Virus record (IMG/VR): IMGVR_UViG_3300032285_003957
Location: 160,001 to 224,000 of that record
Length of the DNA: 64,000 nt
Origin: a virus
Lineage: Duplodnaviria; Caudoviricetes
Strand: one strand, 5' to 3'
Shown: one piece after another, positions 22,574 through 31,068 of the stretch
Layout of the letters: each line of letters starts with the position of its first letter
Position numbering within the stretch: position 1 is the stretch's first letter
Made by a program: the position numbers and the translations under genes
Notes under the pieces: model-generated
Databases searched by the model: none
What the model was told of the DNA's origin: nothing
Seen by the model: only the letters and a program-made list of their open reading frames with translations

Positions 22574-23443
22574 ATGTCATTCTTAACTAAAATAACCCTA
22601 ACAACTGCAGGATCATCAACTGGACCTTTTGATATATACCAAAATTCGGATAACTATGCTACGGCGGTAGCTACAGGTGTAACTAAATCCGATTTAGTTG
22701 CGGGGTATACAATTTCAGTAAATGATACTACAACAAGTGTATTGGTCCAATCTTTAGGTCTATGTAACACAAGTAATATTACATTACCAATAAGTGGATT
22801 CCCAACATCAACTCCAACACCTACACCAACATTAACACCAACAGCATCCCCTGTGGGCGCTGGTGTTAGTCATATATCACTTTCAAGTGGTCATACGGTA
22901 GCAAGCGCTTGTACTGGTGCAACTCAAACTTATTACTATTCAGGTTCATTTATTAATGGTGCACAATTATGGGTAGACGCTCAATTTACAGATAATGCAC
23001 CTGGTACAAATGGTAGTCCAGTTTATTATTATTCATACGATTTCAATTCAATATATTATATTAATGATAGTGAAGGTCACAAATATGCTTCATCCGAAGT
23101 TTGTCCTACAGCGACACCGGTTGTAAACGCTAATTCATATTGGGTGAGCACAGTAGATGGGCCAACAGCAGCTACTTGTGGTGGTGATGACGTATTTGGT
23201 GTTCCTCACACGCAATTAACAGGTTTTACAGTTTATGGTAGTGCAATTTCAGGTATTTGTGATGCAACAATGATTGTTGATATGCCTGCAATTGTTAAAT
23301 CTGAAGTTCCGTTTAATGGCACATTCTGGGTTGGTAAAAAAGTTGGTGGTAATTTCTACTATAGAAAATATGTCAGAGATTCGTCAGGAACATCAGCAAC
23401 ACCAGATGGAGCATGCGTAGTTTATAATACTCCTTGTAATTAA
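22574..23443 (+). CDS. Modular virion surface protein (N-terminal anchor, PT linker, two paired-Cys domains)
   Basis: ITLTTAGSSTGPFDIY N-terminus, PTPTPT linker, upstream TATTTATA. Confidence 0.55.
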   Translation: MSFLTKITLTTAGSSTGPFDIYQNSDNYATAVATGVTKSDLVAGYTISVNDTTTSVLVQSLGLCNTSNITLPISGFPTSTPTPTPTLTPTASPVGAGVSHISLSSGHTVASACTGATQTYYYSGSFINGAQLWVDAQFTDNAPGTNGSPVYYYSYDFNSIYYINDSEGHKYASSEVCPTATPVVNANSYWVSTVDGPTAATCGGDDVFGVPHTQLTGFTVYGSAISGICDATMIVDMPAIVKSEVPFNGTFWVGKKVGGNFYYRKYVRDSSGTSATPDGACVVYNTPCN

Positions 23444-23460
23444 AAAATATAAATTAAAAA

Positions 23461-25491
23461 ATGAGCTTTTTAGATAAGAATAACCAAGAATATATAACAG
23501 CAAGATTAACGCAAGAAGGTCGTAATGCAATCGCTAAAGGCGATTTTAAAATCGATTACTTTGCTGTTGGTGATTCTGAATATAACTATAATTTTACAAC
23601 AGGTTCACAAATGGTGTTAGCACCAATGGATAAAGATACTCAAGTAAAATATCCGTTATTATATCAAAGCGGCTCAGCAACAATATACGGAGTTCCAATT
23701 ACCGGTTCAACAACTGAAACGATTAAAAATGTGATGGGTGAAGCAGGATTTATTTCTGGTAACACATTTTCAGATGGTGCATTAGTTACATCAGGTAGTT
23801 TCACAAATATAAGCGGCGCAACTACATTAACATTAACAGTTCCAAGTGGTAAAACATATTTCGATTCAGGATATATTACATTATTCACAAATGGAGTATC
23901 AAATAAAACATTGACATCTTTTTCCAATAGTTACACCTATAAACTATTAAGTGTTTCAGGATTAACGTCAACAAGCGAAATGTTGACATTAGATAGAGCA
24001 ACACCAAATTTGTCAGGATTAACTGGTAATTTTTATATTGTTGGTAATAATTGTGAAAATGAATTCACAGTGGCAAGTGACATCAATAACACTTGTTTAC
24101 CTCCATTACCTGACCCATCTGCACAACACAATCCTTGGAAGTTGAATACTGTGTGGTCACAAAATCCAATCGGGTTTAGAACAACAGACGACAAAACAAC
24201 CGGCTTTGTCAGTGCAAAATATCATTCTGCAAAAGAATTATTAGGTTATTATTCAAATAGCGGTCAAACATTTACAGATATAACTGGTGGCACAATATCG
24301 GGAATTACATATGTTAATTCATTTGGTGAGGAAATAATGTTAAACCCTAATCAAGCAAATACAATAGCAATTGTTCATTATTCTGAAATTGGAGATTTTA
24401 TTAACGACCCTGATAGATATTACAAATATGATGATTACATAGCACATACAGGACAAACAGATAATACAAATTTTAAAATACACATTCCTTTCATAAATTA
24501 TCATAGAAACACTGGAACCACAATTGGTGCATATTTTTATATGGGAACGAGTAACAAATACATTTCATCCACACCAAATTCTTTACATAAAATAAAATAT
24601 AGAGATTTGATTGATGAACAAAATATTAAAGTTGGTAAAGTATTTGTTAATAATAAATTAATTGTTTTTGATGACCAAGAAATTGCAGCAGTTTTAGACC
24701 ATAAATCAAATAGAAATTTCACATTACCTGCACCAAAATTAGAATTAACACACTCAACAGACGGAACATATCTATTAGGTGGCACAACAGGTGAAACGCT
24801 TTATATTTCATATCTATTCTCAGGTGCAACAGGTTTAAATTCATATCCATGTAATGCAATAACAAACGTAAAATTAGAATACGAAACAGTAAAAGACGAA
24901 TGTTCTGTTACTGCGATATTACCCCCATCAGATGTTGTGGTTAAATTTACAGGTAGCACACAATTTGATTTTTTACAAACGGATAACGCTAATTTAAAGA
25001 GCGGAGTAACTATGACTAAGTTCTACATCCTTGCACAAAAAACGCAAAACAACACGTTACCAACATCAAATGGATGGAGATTAATTGATACTAATACATC
25101 ATTAACAAATGGTTATATTGCTGAGTCATCAGTTTATAATTCAATAACTAAAATTACAAAATATCAATACGATAATGCATCGATATTTTCATTGTCAGAC
25201 CATACCGGTCAATCATATTCAAATGCGACCACACAATTTGGTGACGAACAACCATTTGCAGGTTCAGTTAAATTAACAAGAGCATCCGACATTGAAGAAA
25301 TGAAATTCTTGGTAAACTTACCATCAGGTAAATTTGCAACATCACAAAATCCAACACACACAACGGGTAATCCTATGATTACTGAAATTGCGTTATTGGA
25401 TGAAAGTAAGAATGTTTTGGTTATGGGAAAAACACCTTCACCTATTTCAAGAAATTCTTCACAAGTATTTGCTGTTAAATTAGACTTCTAA
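23461..25491 (+). CDS. Tail-collar/tail-fibre attachment-like baseplate protein with a large central insertion
   Basis: N-terminal ARLTQEGRNAIAKG...YFAVGDSE and C-terminal ITEIALLDESKNVLVMGK...KLDF resemble the two halves of the P2 gpH N-terminal (tail-collar) domain. Confidence 0.55.
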   Translation: MSFLDKNNQEYITARLTQEGRNAIAKGDFKIDYFAVGDSEYNYNFTTGSQMVLAPMDKDTQVKYPLLYQSGSATIYGVPITGSTTETIKNVMGEAGFISGNTFSDGALVTSGSFTNISGATTLTLTVPSGKTYFDSGYITLFTNGVSNKTLTSFSNSYTYKLLSVSGLTSTSEMLTLDRATPNLSGLTGNFYIVGNNCENEFTVASDINNTCLPPLPDPSAQHNPWKLNTVWSQNPIGFRTTDDKTTGFVSAKYHSAKELLGYYSNSGQTFTDITGGTISGITYVNSFGEEIMLNPNQANTIAIVHYSEIGDFINDPDRYYKYDDYIAHTGQTDNTNFKIHIPFINYHRNTGTTIGAYFYMGTSNKYISSTPNSLHKIKYRDLIDEQNIKVGKVFVNNKLIVFDDQEIAAVLDHKSNRNFTLPAPKLELTHSTDGTYLLGGTTGETLYISYLFSGATGLNSYPCNAITNVKLEYETVKDECSVTAILPPSDVVVKFTGSTQFDFLQTDNANLKSGVTMTKFYILAQKTQNNTLPTSNGWRLIDTNTSLTNGYIAESSVYNSITKITKYQYDNASIFSLSDHTGQSYSNATTQFGDEQPFAGSVKLTRASDIEEMKFLVNLPSGKFATSQNPTHTTGNPMITEIALLDESKNVLVMGKTPSPISRNSSQVFAVKLDF

Positions 25492-25494
25492 CAC

Positions 25495-25525
25495 TTTACA
25501 TTTCAATTAATTTGTTTTAATTTTT
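25495..25525 (+). promoter_or_regulatory. Sigma-70-type promoter of the replication module
   Basis: TTTACA-17 nt-TAATTT in the gap before the RuvC-like gene. Confidence 0.45.
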
Positions 25526-25530
25526 ATACT

Positions 25531-26148
25531 ATGAGTATAGATGTAAAATTTAAAAACAAGCCAAAAATTTTAGGATTGGATATTTCCACTAAAACTATTG
25601 GGTGGGCTTTGTTTGATATGACAGGGTCCAAACTATTGGAGCTAACTCACTTTTCTCCAAAAATTAAACCTCAACCTGAAGATAAGATTGAAGAGTTAAT
25701 AAAAAAAGCAGATGCTTTCAAAAAACATTTGGAAGGATATAAGGACATGGGTATTGTTCAAGTCGTTATTGAAGAACCATTATTAAGTTCAAATAATGTT
25801 TACACAATCCAAACGTTACTACGTTACAACACAATGATTTTGAAATGCTGTTATGATACATTAGGTGTAGTTCCAAATTTCATTTCAACATACAACGCAA
25901 GAAAATTTGCGTTTCCAAGTTTAGTTGGACCAAACGATAAAGGACGTAATGTATTGTTTGGTGGTTATCCAAAAGATATAGATAAAAAACAAGTTGTTTG
26001 GGAACACGTTAATGCGGTATGTCCTGATATCGAATGGTTATACGGTAAGACTGGTAATTTGAAAAAAGAAAATTTCGATATGAGTGATGCTGCTACTGCT
26101 GTGATTGGATATGTGAATATGATTAAGTCAGAAAAATCCGGCAACTAA
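25531..26148 (+). CDS. ruvC: RuvC-like Holliday junction resolvase
   Basis: ILGLDISTKTIGWA (RNase H fold, first Asp), VVIEEP, and DMSDAA acidic residues. Confidence 0.8.
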   Translation: MSIDVKFKNKPKILGLDISTKTIGWALFDMTGSKLLELTHFSPKIKPQPEDKIEELIKKADAFKKHLEGYKDMGIVQVVIEEPLLSSNNVYTIQTLLRYNTMILKCCYDTLGVVPNFISTYNARKFAFPSLVGPNDKGRNVLFGGYPKDIDKKQVVWEHVNAVCPDIEWLYGKTGNLKKENFDMSDAATAVIGYVNMIKSEKSGN

Positions 26149-26185
26149 AATTTGTATTTACGCTGAAGTTGATTTATATTTATTA

Positions 26186-26260
26186 AAGGACGGGACGAGG
26201 GTTAAAATCCTCGTTTGGTTGGTAGGGAGTCGAGGTGGTGTTCGACTCCCATTTTTTTTT
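26186..26260 (+). ncRNA. Candidate small structured RNA: two GC-rich hairpins ending in an intrinsic terminator
   Basis: TATTTAT at 26177; hairpin GACGAGGG/TCCTCGTT (26194-26215); perfect hairpin GGGAGTCGA/TCGACTCCC (26225-26250); T9. Confidence 0.5.
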
Positions 26261-26289
26261 ATCATATTTTTTATGTATATTCTATCATT

Positions 26290-27228
26290 ATGGTAGAACA
26301 AGAAACCGATTATTCAGCTGTCGTTGAAATTTTAGAAGACATTTTGGGTGATTATAGAAATCACAACGACTATCGCGGTCAAATATCTTTTGATTGTCCT
26401 ACATGTTCCTATGATATAAAAGGATTGGATGAATTGGATGGTAAAGGTAATCTTGAGGTAAATTATAAGCACAATGTTTACAAATGTTGGGTGTGCGCTG
26501 AAACTCATGATACACATGGTTCTGTTTACAAATTAATAAAAAAATTTGGTAATCCTCGTCAGTTAAAGAAATATTTGTTACTAAGACCTGATGAAGATGA
26601 ATCGGTGCAAAGAGTTTATAAGACTGTTAAATTACCAAAAGAATTTATACCATTCTCATCTGCAAGTGCGGGTTTAAAGATGACACCACAATATAGACAA
26701 GCATACAACTATATTAAAAGTAGAAACATAACTGAATTGATGTGTCAAAAATTCAACATTGGTTTTTGTTACACTGGTTTATATGAAAATAGAATTATAA
26801 TACCATCTTACGATGAAAATGGATTCGTAAATTATTTTGTTGCTCGTTCTTATTTGCAAAAGACGAAAAGAAAATATATGAATCCCGAAGCCCAAAAGGA
26901 AATATTAATATTCAATGAAAAATTAATTAATTGGGAAGAACCAATCTATTTGGTTGAAGGTGCATTTGATAGTATTTTTTTAAATAACGCAATTCCAATG
27001 CTTGGCAAGTATATGAGTGAACACTTATATAATACGCTTTATAATAAGGCGGTTAAAATTATAATAGTATTAGACCCCGACGCATGGGGTGATGCTGAAA
27101 GATTATATCACAAACTTAATTGTGGTAAACTTATGAACAAAATTTGGATTATTAAATTAGAAGGAAACCAAGACATAGCTGATTTACAAGGAAAAATTAA
27201 TGAAAACGATATAAAACAATTAGATTAA
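26290..27228 (+). CDS. DNA primase (Zn finger + TOPRIM)
   Basis: CPTC...CWVC zinc finger; LVEGAFD and LDPD TOPRIM motifs. ATG 26290 is preferred because the listed start runs through the hairpins. Confidence 0.85.
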   Translation: MVEQETDYSAVVEILEDILGDYRNHNDYRGQISFDCPTCSYDIKGLDELDGKGNLEVNYKHNVYKCWVCAETHDTHGSVYKLIKKFGNPRQLKKYLLLRPDEDESVQRVYKTVKLPKEFIPFSSASAGLKMTPQYRQAYNYIKSRNITELMCQKFNIGFCYTGLYENRIIIPSYDENGFVNYFVARSYLQKTKRKYMNPEAQKEILIFNEKLINWEEPIYLVEGAFDSIFLNNAIPMLGKYMSEHLYNTLYNKAVKIIIVLDPDAWGDAERLYHKLNCGKLMNKIWIIKLEGNQDIADLQGKINENDIKQLD

Positions 27229-28097
27229 TGACAATTAAAAATTTAGAAGAAGTTTCTTTAGAGATTAAGGACCTACTTGAAAAAAGAAGACAAAATTTAG
27301 AATTAACTTTCGTAGAAGAAAAACACATTTACTTTATGAAAGATAATGATGGTAAATTAAAATCAAATTTCCCATCTGTTTCTAAGTTAGTTAAGAAATT
27401 CCACAAACCATTTGATGCGGAAGGTATGGCCCTTAGAATGAGTAAAGGTGACCCTGAAGCTGCTAAGTTGTTACAAGAACAATGGAGAAAAGCCGGTGAC
27501 TTATCTACCAACATGGGTAGTCGTGTCCACTTTGAATTGGAATCTGATTTAATTGGAAGATATGGTGATTATAAAGAAGTAAGACAACCAATCTTTGAAA
27601 TTGACGATGAACAAAAACGCAAGAGTGATAATATGATTCAAGCAGGTAAAAGCTTCTTGGATATTATGCATGATAGAGGTGCAACATTATTGGATACCGA
27701 AATTGTGTTGGGTGACCCTAACTTGCAATACACTGGCCAACCTGATAAAGTATGGTTGATGATGAACAAAGATAAAAATGATTTTGGTTTTGTTATTACG
27801 GATTGGAAATCAAACCAACCTAAGAATTTTGAAGTGCAACACTACACAGGTAAAATGTATTCACCATTCGCTAACGTTCACGATAACGCTTTAGGTCATT
27901 ACTATTTACAATTACCATTTTATGGTAGATTATTATTAAAAATGTTGGAAGGAACAAAATTCAATGATAAAAAATTGTTAGGTTCAGTTATTGTCTTATT
28001 GAAAGATGATGCAACATATAATGAATACAAAGTTCCACCTGAAGTTCAAAGGAATGTATTCAACTTGGATTTAAACAAATATATTAACAGATGGTAA
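27228..28097 (+). CDS. PD-(D/E)XK family exonuclease
   Basis: PSVS...GSRVH...DTEIVL...GQPD...ITDWKS...YYLQL..Y pattern. Confidence 0.8.
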   Translation: MTIKNLEEVSLEIKDLLEKRRQNLELTFVEEKHIYFMKDNDGKLKSNFPSVSKLVKKFHKPFDAEGMALRMSKGDPEAAKLLQEQWRKAGDLSTNMGSRVHFELESDLIGRYGDYKEVRQPIFEIDDEQKRKSDNMIQAGKSFLDIMHDRGATLLDTEIVLGDPNLQYTGQPDKVWLMMNKDKNDFGFVITDWKSNQPKNFEVQHYTGKMYSPFANVHDNALGHYYLQLPFYGRLLLKMLEGTKFNDKKLLGSVIVLLKDDATYNEYKVPPEVQRNVFNLDLNKYINRW

Positions 28098-28900
28098 AGA
28101 AAATTATACATATTGCTGATTTACATATCAGAACCATTCAATTGCATGATTTGTATAAAACACAATTTGAAAAGTTATTAATTGATTTAACCGTTCAATT
28201 GAGTGATGTTAATTATGATGAAACCAGAATAGTAATTGCAGGAGATATTGCACACCAAAAAATTAACATTTCTAACGAACAATTAATGTTAACAAGTTGG
28301 TTTATTAAATCATTATGCGAACTTGGTCAGGTGGTTATTATACCAGGTAATCACGATTTCTTAGAGAATAACACACAACGATTAGATAGTATTAGTCCTG
28401 TTGTTGATTTATTGAGTAATTCAAACATTACGTATCTAAAAGATAGTGGAGACTATGTTGATACCGATGGAGGTATCCAATGGGTTGTTTATTCATTATA
28501 TCAACACAATGTTAGACCTGAATTTACAAAACAAGAAGGGTTATTAACTGTGGGATTATTTCACGGACCAATTCAAGGTCTATCAACCGATTTGGGATAT
28601 GAGTTTGAAGATGCGTATGACCAATTAAATTTTGTTGGGTTAGATTTATTATTATGTGGCGATATACATAAACGCCAACAATTTGTTTTACCTAATGGCG
28701 GTAAAGCTGTTATGATTGGAAGTTTAATACAACAAAATTTTGGGGAGACAGTAAAACATCATGGTTACGGTATATATGATGTAGAGAATGATGAATATGA
28801 ATTTTTTGATTTACCAAATGAACAACCATTCCTTCATTTCTCAATAAACGATATTAAAGACATTGAAAATGGCGCAGAAGAGCACCTTAACCTTGGATAA
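28091..28900 (+). CDS. Mre11/SbcD/gp47-like metallophosphoesterase (nuclease domain only)
   Basis: HIADLH, IAGDIAH, PGNHD, LFHG and GDIH motifs. Confidence 0.9.
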   Translation: MVKKIIHIADLHIRTIQLHDLYKTQFEKLLIDLTVQLSDVNYDETRIVIAGDIAHQKINISNEQLMLTSWFIKSLCELGQVVIIPGNHDFLENNTQRLDSISPVVDLLSNSNITYLKDSGDYVDTDGGIQWVVYSLYQHNVRPEFTKQEGLLTVGLFHGPIQGLSTDLGYEFEDAYDQLNFVGLDLLLCGDIHKRQQFVLPNGGKAVMIGSLIQQNFGETVKHHGYGIYDVENDEYEFFDLPNEQPFLHFSINDIKDIENGAEEHLNLG

Positions 28901-29396
28901 GGAATTTATAAGTTACTGTGAATTAAATGATATTGCCGATATTAATAGTTTAGCAAAAAAAACTTTTGATAGAGGCTTTACCATTTTAAAATATGGTGAA
29001 ACACCAAAAGGTAATTTTGAAGAAGTAGTTGTTGAAAAAGAAATCATAAAAGAAGTCATCAAGGAAGTGGTGGTTGAAAAAATTGTTGAGGTTCCTGTTG
29101 AAGTAATCAAAGAGGTTATTAAAGAAGTAAAAGTTGAAGTTCCTGTTGAAGTTATAAAAGAAGTTAAGGTTAAAGGTAAAAGCAACACAATAACTAAAGA
29201 AATTATTAAAGAAGTTCCTGTTGAAATTATTGTAGAAAAAATAGTGGAAGTGATAAATGACAAAGAGATTGAAATTTTGAAACAAGAGAATGAAAGACTT
29301 AAAAATGAATTAGACAATATAACTTCATCGCTTAGTAGATTTACCAAAGCTAAATTTATGAAAAACAGCGACATGTCTGACTTATATGGTGAATAA
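28863..29396 (+). CDS. Protein with (V/I)KEVPVE / EKIVEVP repeats and a coiled coil
   Basis: About 90-aa Val/Glu/Lys/Ile repeat; the ORF overlaps the end of the Mre11 gene. Confidence 0.65.
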   Translation: MKMAQKSTLTLDKEFISYCELNDIADINSLAKKTFDRGFTILKYGETPKGNFEEVVVEKEIIKEVIKEVVVEKIVEVPVEVIKEVIKEVKVEVPVEVIKEVKVKGKSNTITKEIIKEVPVEIIVEKIVEVINDKEIEILKQENERLKNELDNITSSLSRFTKAKFMKNSDMSDLYGE

Positions 29397-29463
29397 ATTT
29401 TCGGCAATATAATTTTTTATTACCCATAATTTTTAGTATATTTTATATAATAAATGCAATGTT

Positions 29464-29772
29464 ATGATACTATTATTATGGATTTTATCGGCCTACGGAA
29501 TGACCAGTATTCTTGTTTGGGGCTCAATATTTGAAGGTTTAAGAACGTGGTTAAAAAAACATTCTAACTTTTTTGGAACATTAATTGGATGCACATTGTG
29601 CACATCGACATGGGTAGGATTTTTCATGTCATTTGTATTCGGTGGTTTAACGAATCATTATTTAAACTGTCCTTGGTTTGTATGCTTTTTCTTTGATGGA
29701 ATGGCCACTGCAGGTGGGGTATGGGCTCTTAACGCCATAATCGAATTCTTCGAAGAGAGTCGTATTAAGTAA
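29464..29772 (+). CDS. Small membrane protein, DUF1360-like
   Basis: Hydrophobic helices with a LIGCTLCTSTWVG (CxxC...W) motif. Confidence 0.55.
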   Translation: MILLLWILSAYGMTSILVWGSIFEGLRTWLKKHSNFFGTLIGCTLCTSTWVGFFMSFVFGGLTNHYLNCPWFVCFFFDGMATAGGVWALNAIIEFFEESRIK

Positions 29773-30242
29773 TGAGAAAATTAGACACATACACAGTTGA
29801 TTGGTTTAAAATTGCAGAAGGATTTAGATTACCCATTGACCAAACAATACAATGCTTTTATGATGGTAGAATGATGGGTAGGATTGGGGAATTCATGCAC
29901 AAAGTAGAAACAGGTGGAGAAAGGGAAGGTGAAAATTCAAGTTTTGATATTACTGAATCAGACGGTATTAGAAGTGAAGTTAGGTCGATAACCAATAAGG
30001 TTAGTTTTGCACCATCTAAACAAACTGGTTTTGGTAGAAAAGTAACTGAAGAAGGGTTCCAAGAAAAATTAAGAAATCTTGATAGATTTGTTTTATTGGA
30101 TTTGAGAGAATTAGAAGATGGTATTATTCATAGTATTGAAGTAACAAAAGAAGATATATTTAATTTACCTTTAGGAAAAAACAAAGCAATCAATTCCAAA
30201 AAGTTTTACGAAATTTATGATAGAGCTCAACAAAATTTATAA
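29772..30242 (+). CDS. Putative restriction-endonuclease-like nuclease
   Basis: GRIGEF...SSFDI...SEVRS resembles the E...PD...EXK arrangement, and the gene is coupled to a methyltransferase. Confidence 0.45.
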   Translation: MRKLDTYTVDWFKIAEGFRLPIDQTIQCFYDGRMMGRIGEFMHKVETGGEREGENSSFDITESDGIRSEVRSITNKVSFAPSKQTGFGRKVTEEGFQEKLRNLDRFVLLDLRELEDGIIHSIEVTKEDIFNLPLGKNKAINSKKFYEIYDRAQQNL

Positions 30243-31068
30243 TGAAAATTGTTTAGATACTTTAGCTAAGATAAAGGACAACACAATTGATTTAACAATA
30301 ACATCACCACCATATGATGATTTAAGAACATATAATGACCATATTAAAGGTAACAAAACCGAATTCAATGGTTATTCATTTGATTTTGAAAACATCGCAA
30401 GAGAATTATATCGAACCACCAAGAAAGGTGGTGTTGTTGTTTGGGTGGTAGGTGATGGCACTGAAAATGGTAGTGAAACGGGAACTTCTTTTAGACAAGC
30501 TTTGTTTTTTAAAGAAATTGGGTTTAAATTGCACGACACCATGATTTATATGAAGAACAACTTCTCAAATCCGTCGTCAACAAGATATCATCAAATTTTT
30601 GAATATATGTTTGTGTTTTCAAAAGGAAAACCAAATACATTTAATTCAATTAAGGATAGAAAGAACATTTATGCGGGCGTAGTTCCATGGGGTAAAAATA
30701 CTGTTACTCAAAAGGATGGAACAAAAATCGAAAGACCAAAAAAAGCATACAGCGATTATGGCCAGAGATATAACATATGGAAGTATAAAACATCTAAGAA
30801 CGGACAGGAAGATGAAATTGCTTATCAACATCCTGCTATATTTCCTTTACAATTAGTTAAAGATCATGTAATTTCTTGGAGCAATGAAAACGATTTAGTC
30901 TATGACCCATTTATGGGTAGCGGGACCACAGCTAGAGGTTGTAAACAACTTAATCGTAATTTTATCGGTAGTGAATTGAACCCTGATTACGTTAAAATAG
31001 CTGAAGAAAGGTTGACATTAAAAGATAAAGAAATTAAAAACTCATACATTAGTGACGAATCTGAATAA
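30217..31068 (+). CDS. Beta-class amino DNA methyltransferase (N4-C or N6-A)
   Basis: TSPPY catalytic motif precedes HPAIFP and DPFMGSGTT (SAM-binding motif). Confidence 0.9.
   Translation: MIELNKIYNENCLDTLAKIKDNTIDLTITSPPYDDLRTYNDHIKGNKTEFNGYSFDFENIARELYRTTKKGGVVVWVVGDGTENGSETGTSFRQALFFKEIGFKLHDTMIYMKNNFSNPSSTRYHQIFEYMFVFSKGKPNTFNSIKDRKNIYAGVVPWGKNTVTQKDGTKIERPKKAYSDYGQRYNIWKYKTSKNGQEDEIAYQHPAIFPLQLVKDHVISWSNENDLVYDPFMGSGTTARGCKQLNRNFIGSELNPDYVKIAEERLTLKDKEIKNSYISDESE

Noticed and set aside
26188-26251. tRNA-like GTTCGACTCCCA ending
   Set aside because: No acceptor stem, T-stem pairing or cloverleaf can be built; kept only as a generic sRNA candidate.
25531-28097. RuvC and PD-(D/E)XK genes as CRISPR effectors (Cas12/TnpB, Cas4)
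   Set aside because: RuvC is a 205-aa stand-alone resolvase, the nuclease lacks the Cas4 Fe-S cysteines, and no repeat-spacer array is visible.
28913-29407. Minus-strand ORFs opposite the KEVPVE gene, and similar 60-160 aa antisense ORFs inside primase, Rad50, clpP and the AAA gene
   Set aside because: Fully nested antisense to well-supported genes, with no motifs.
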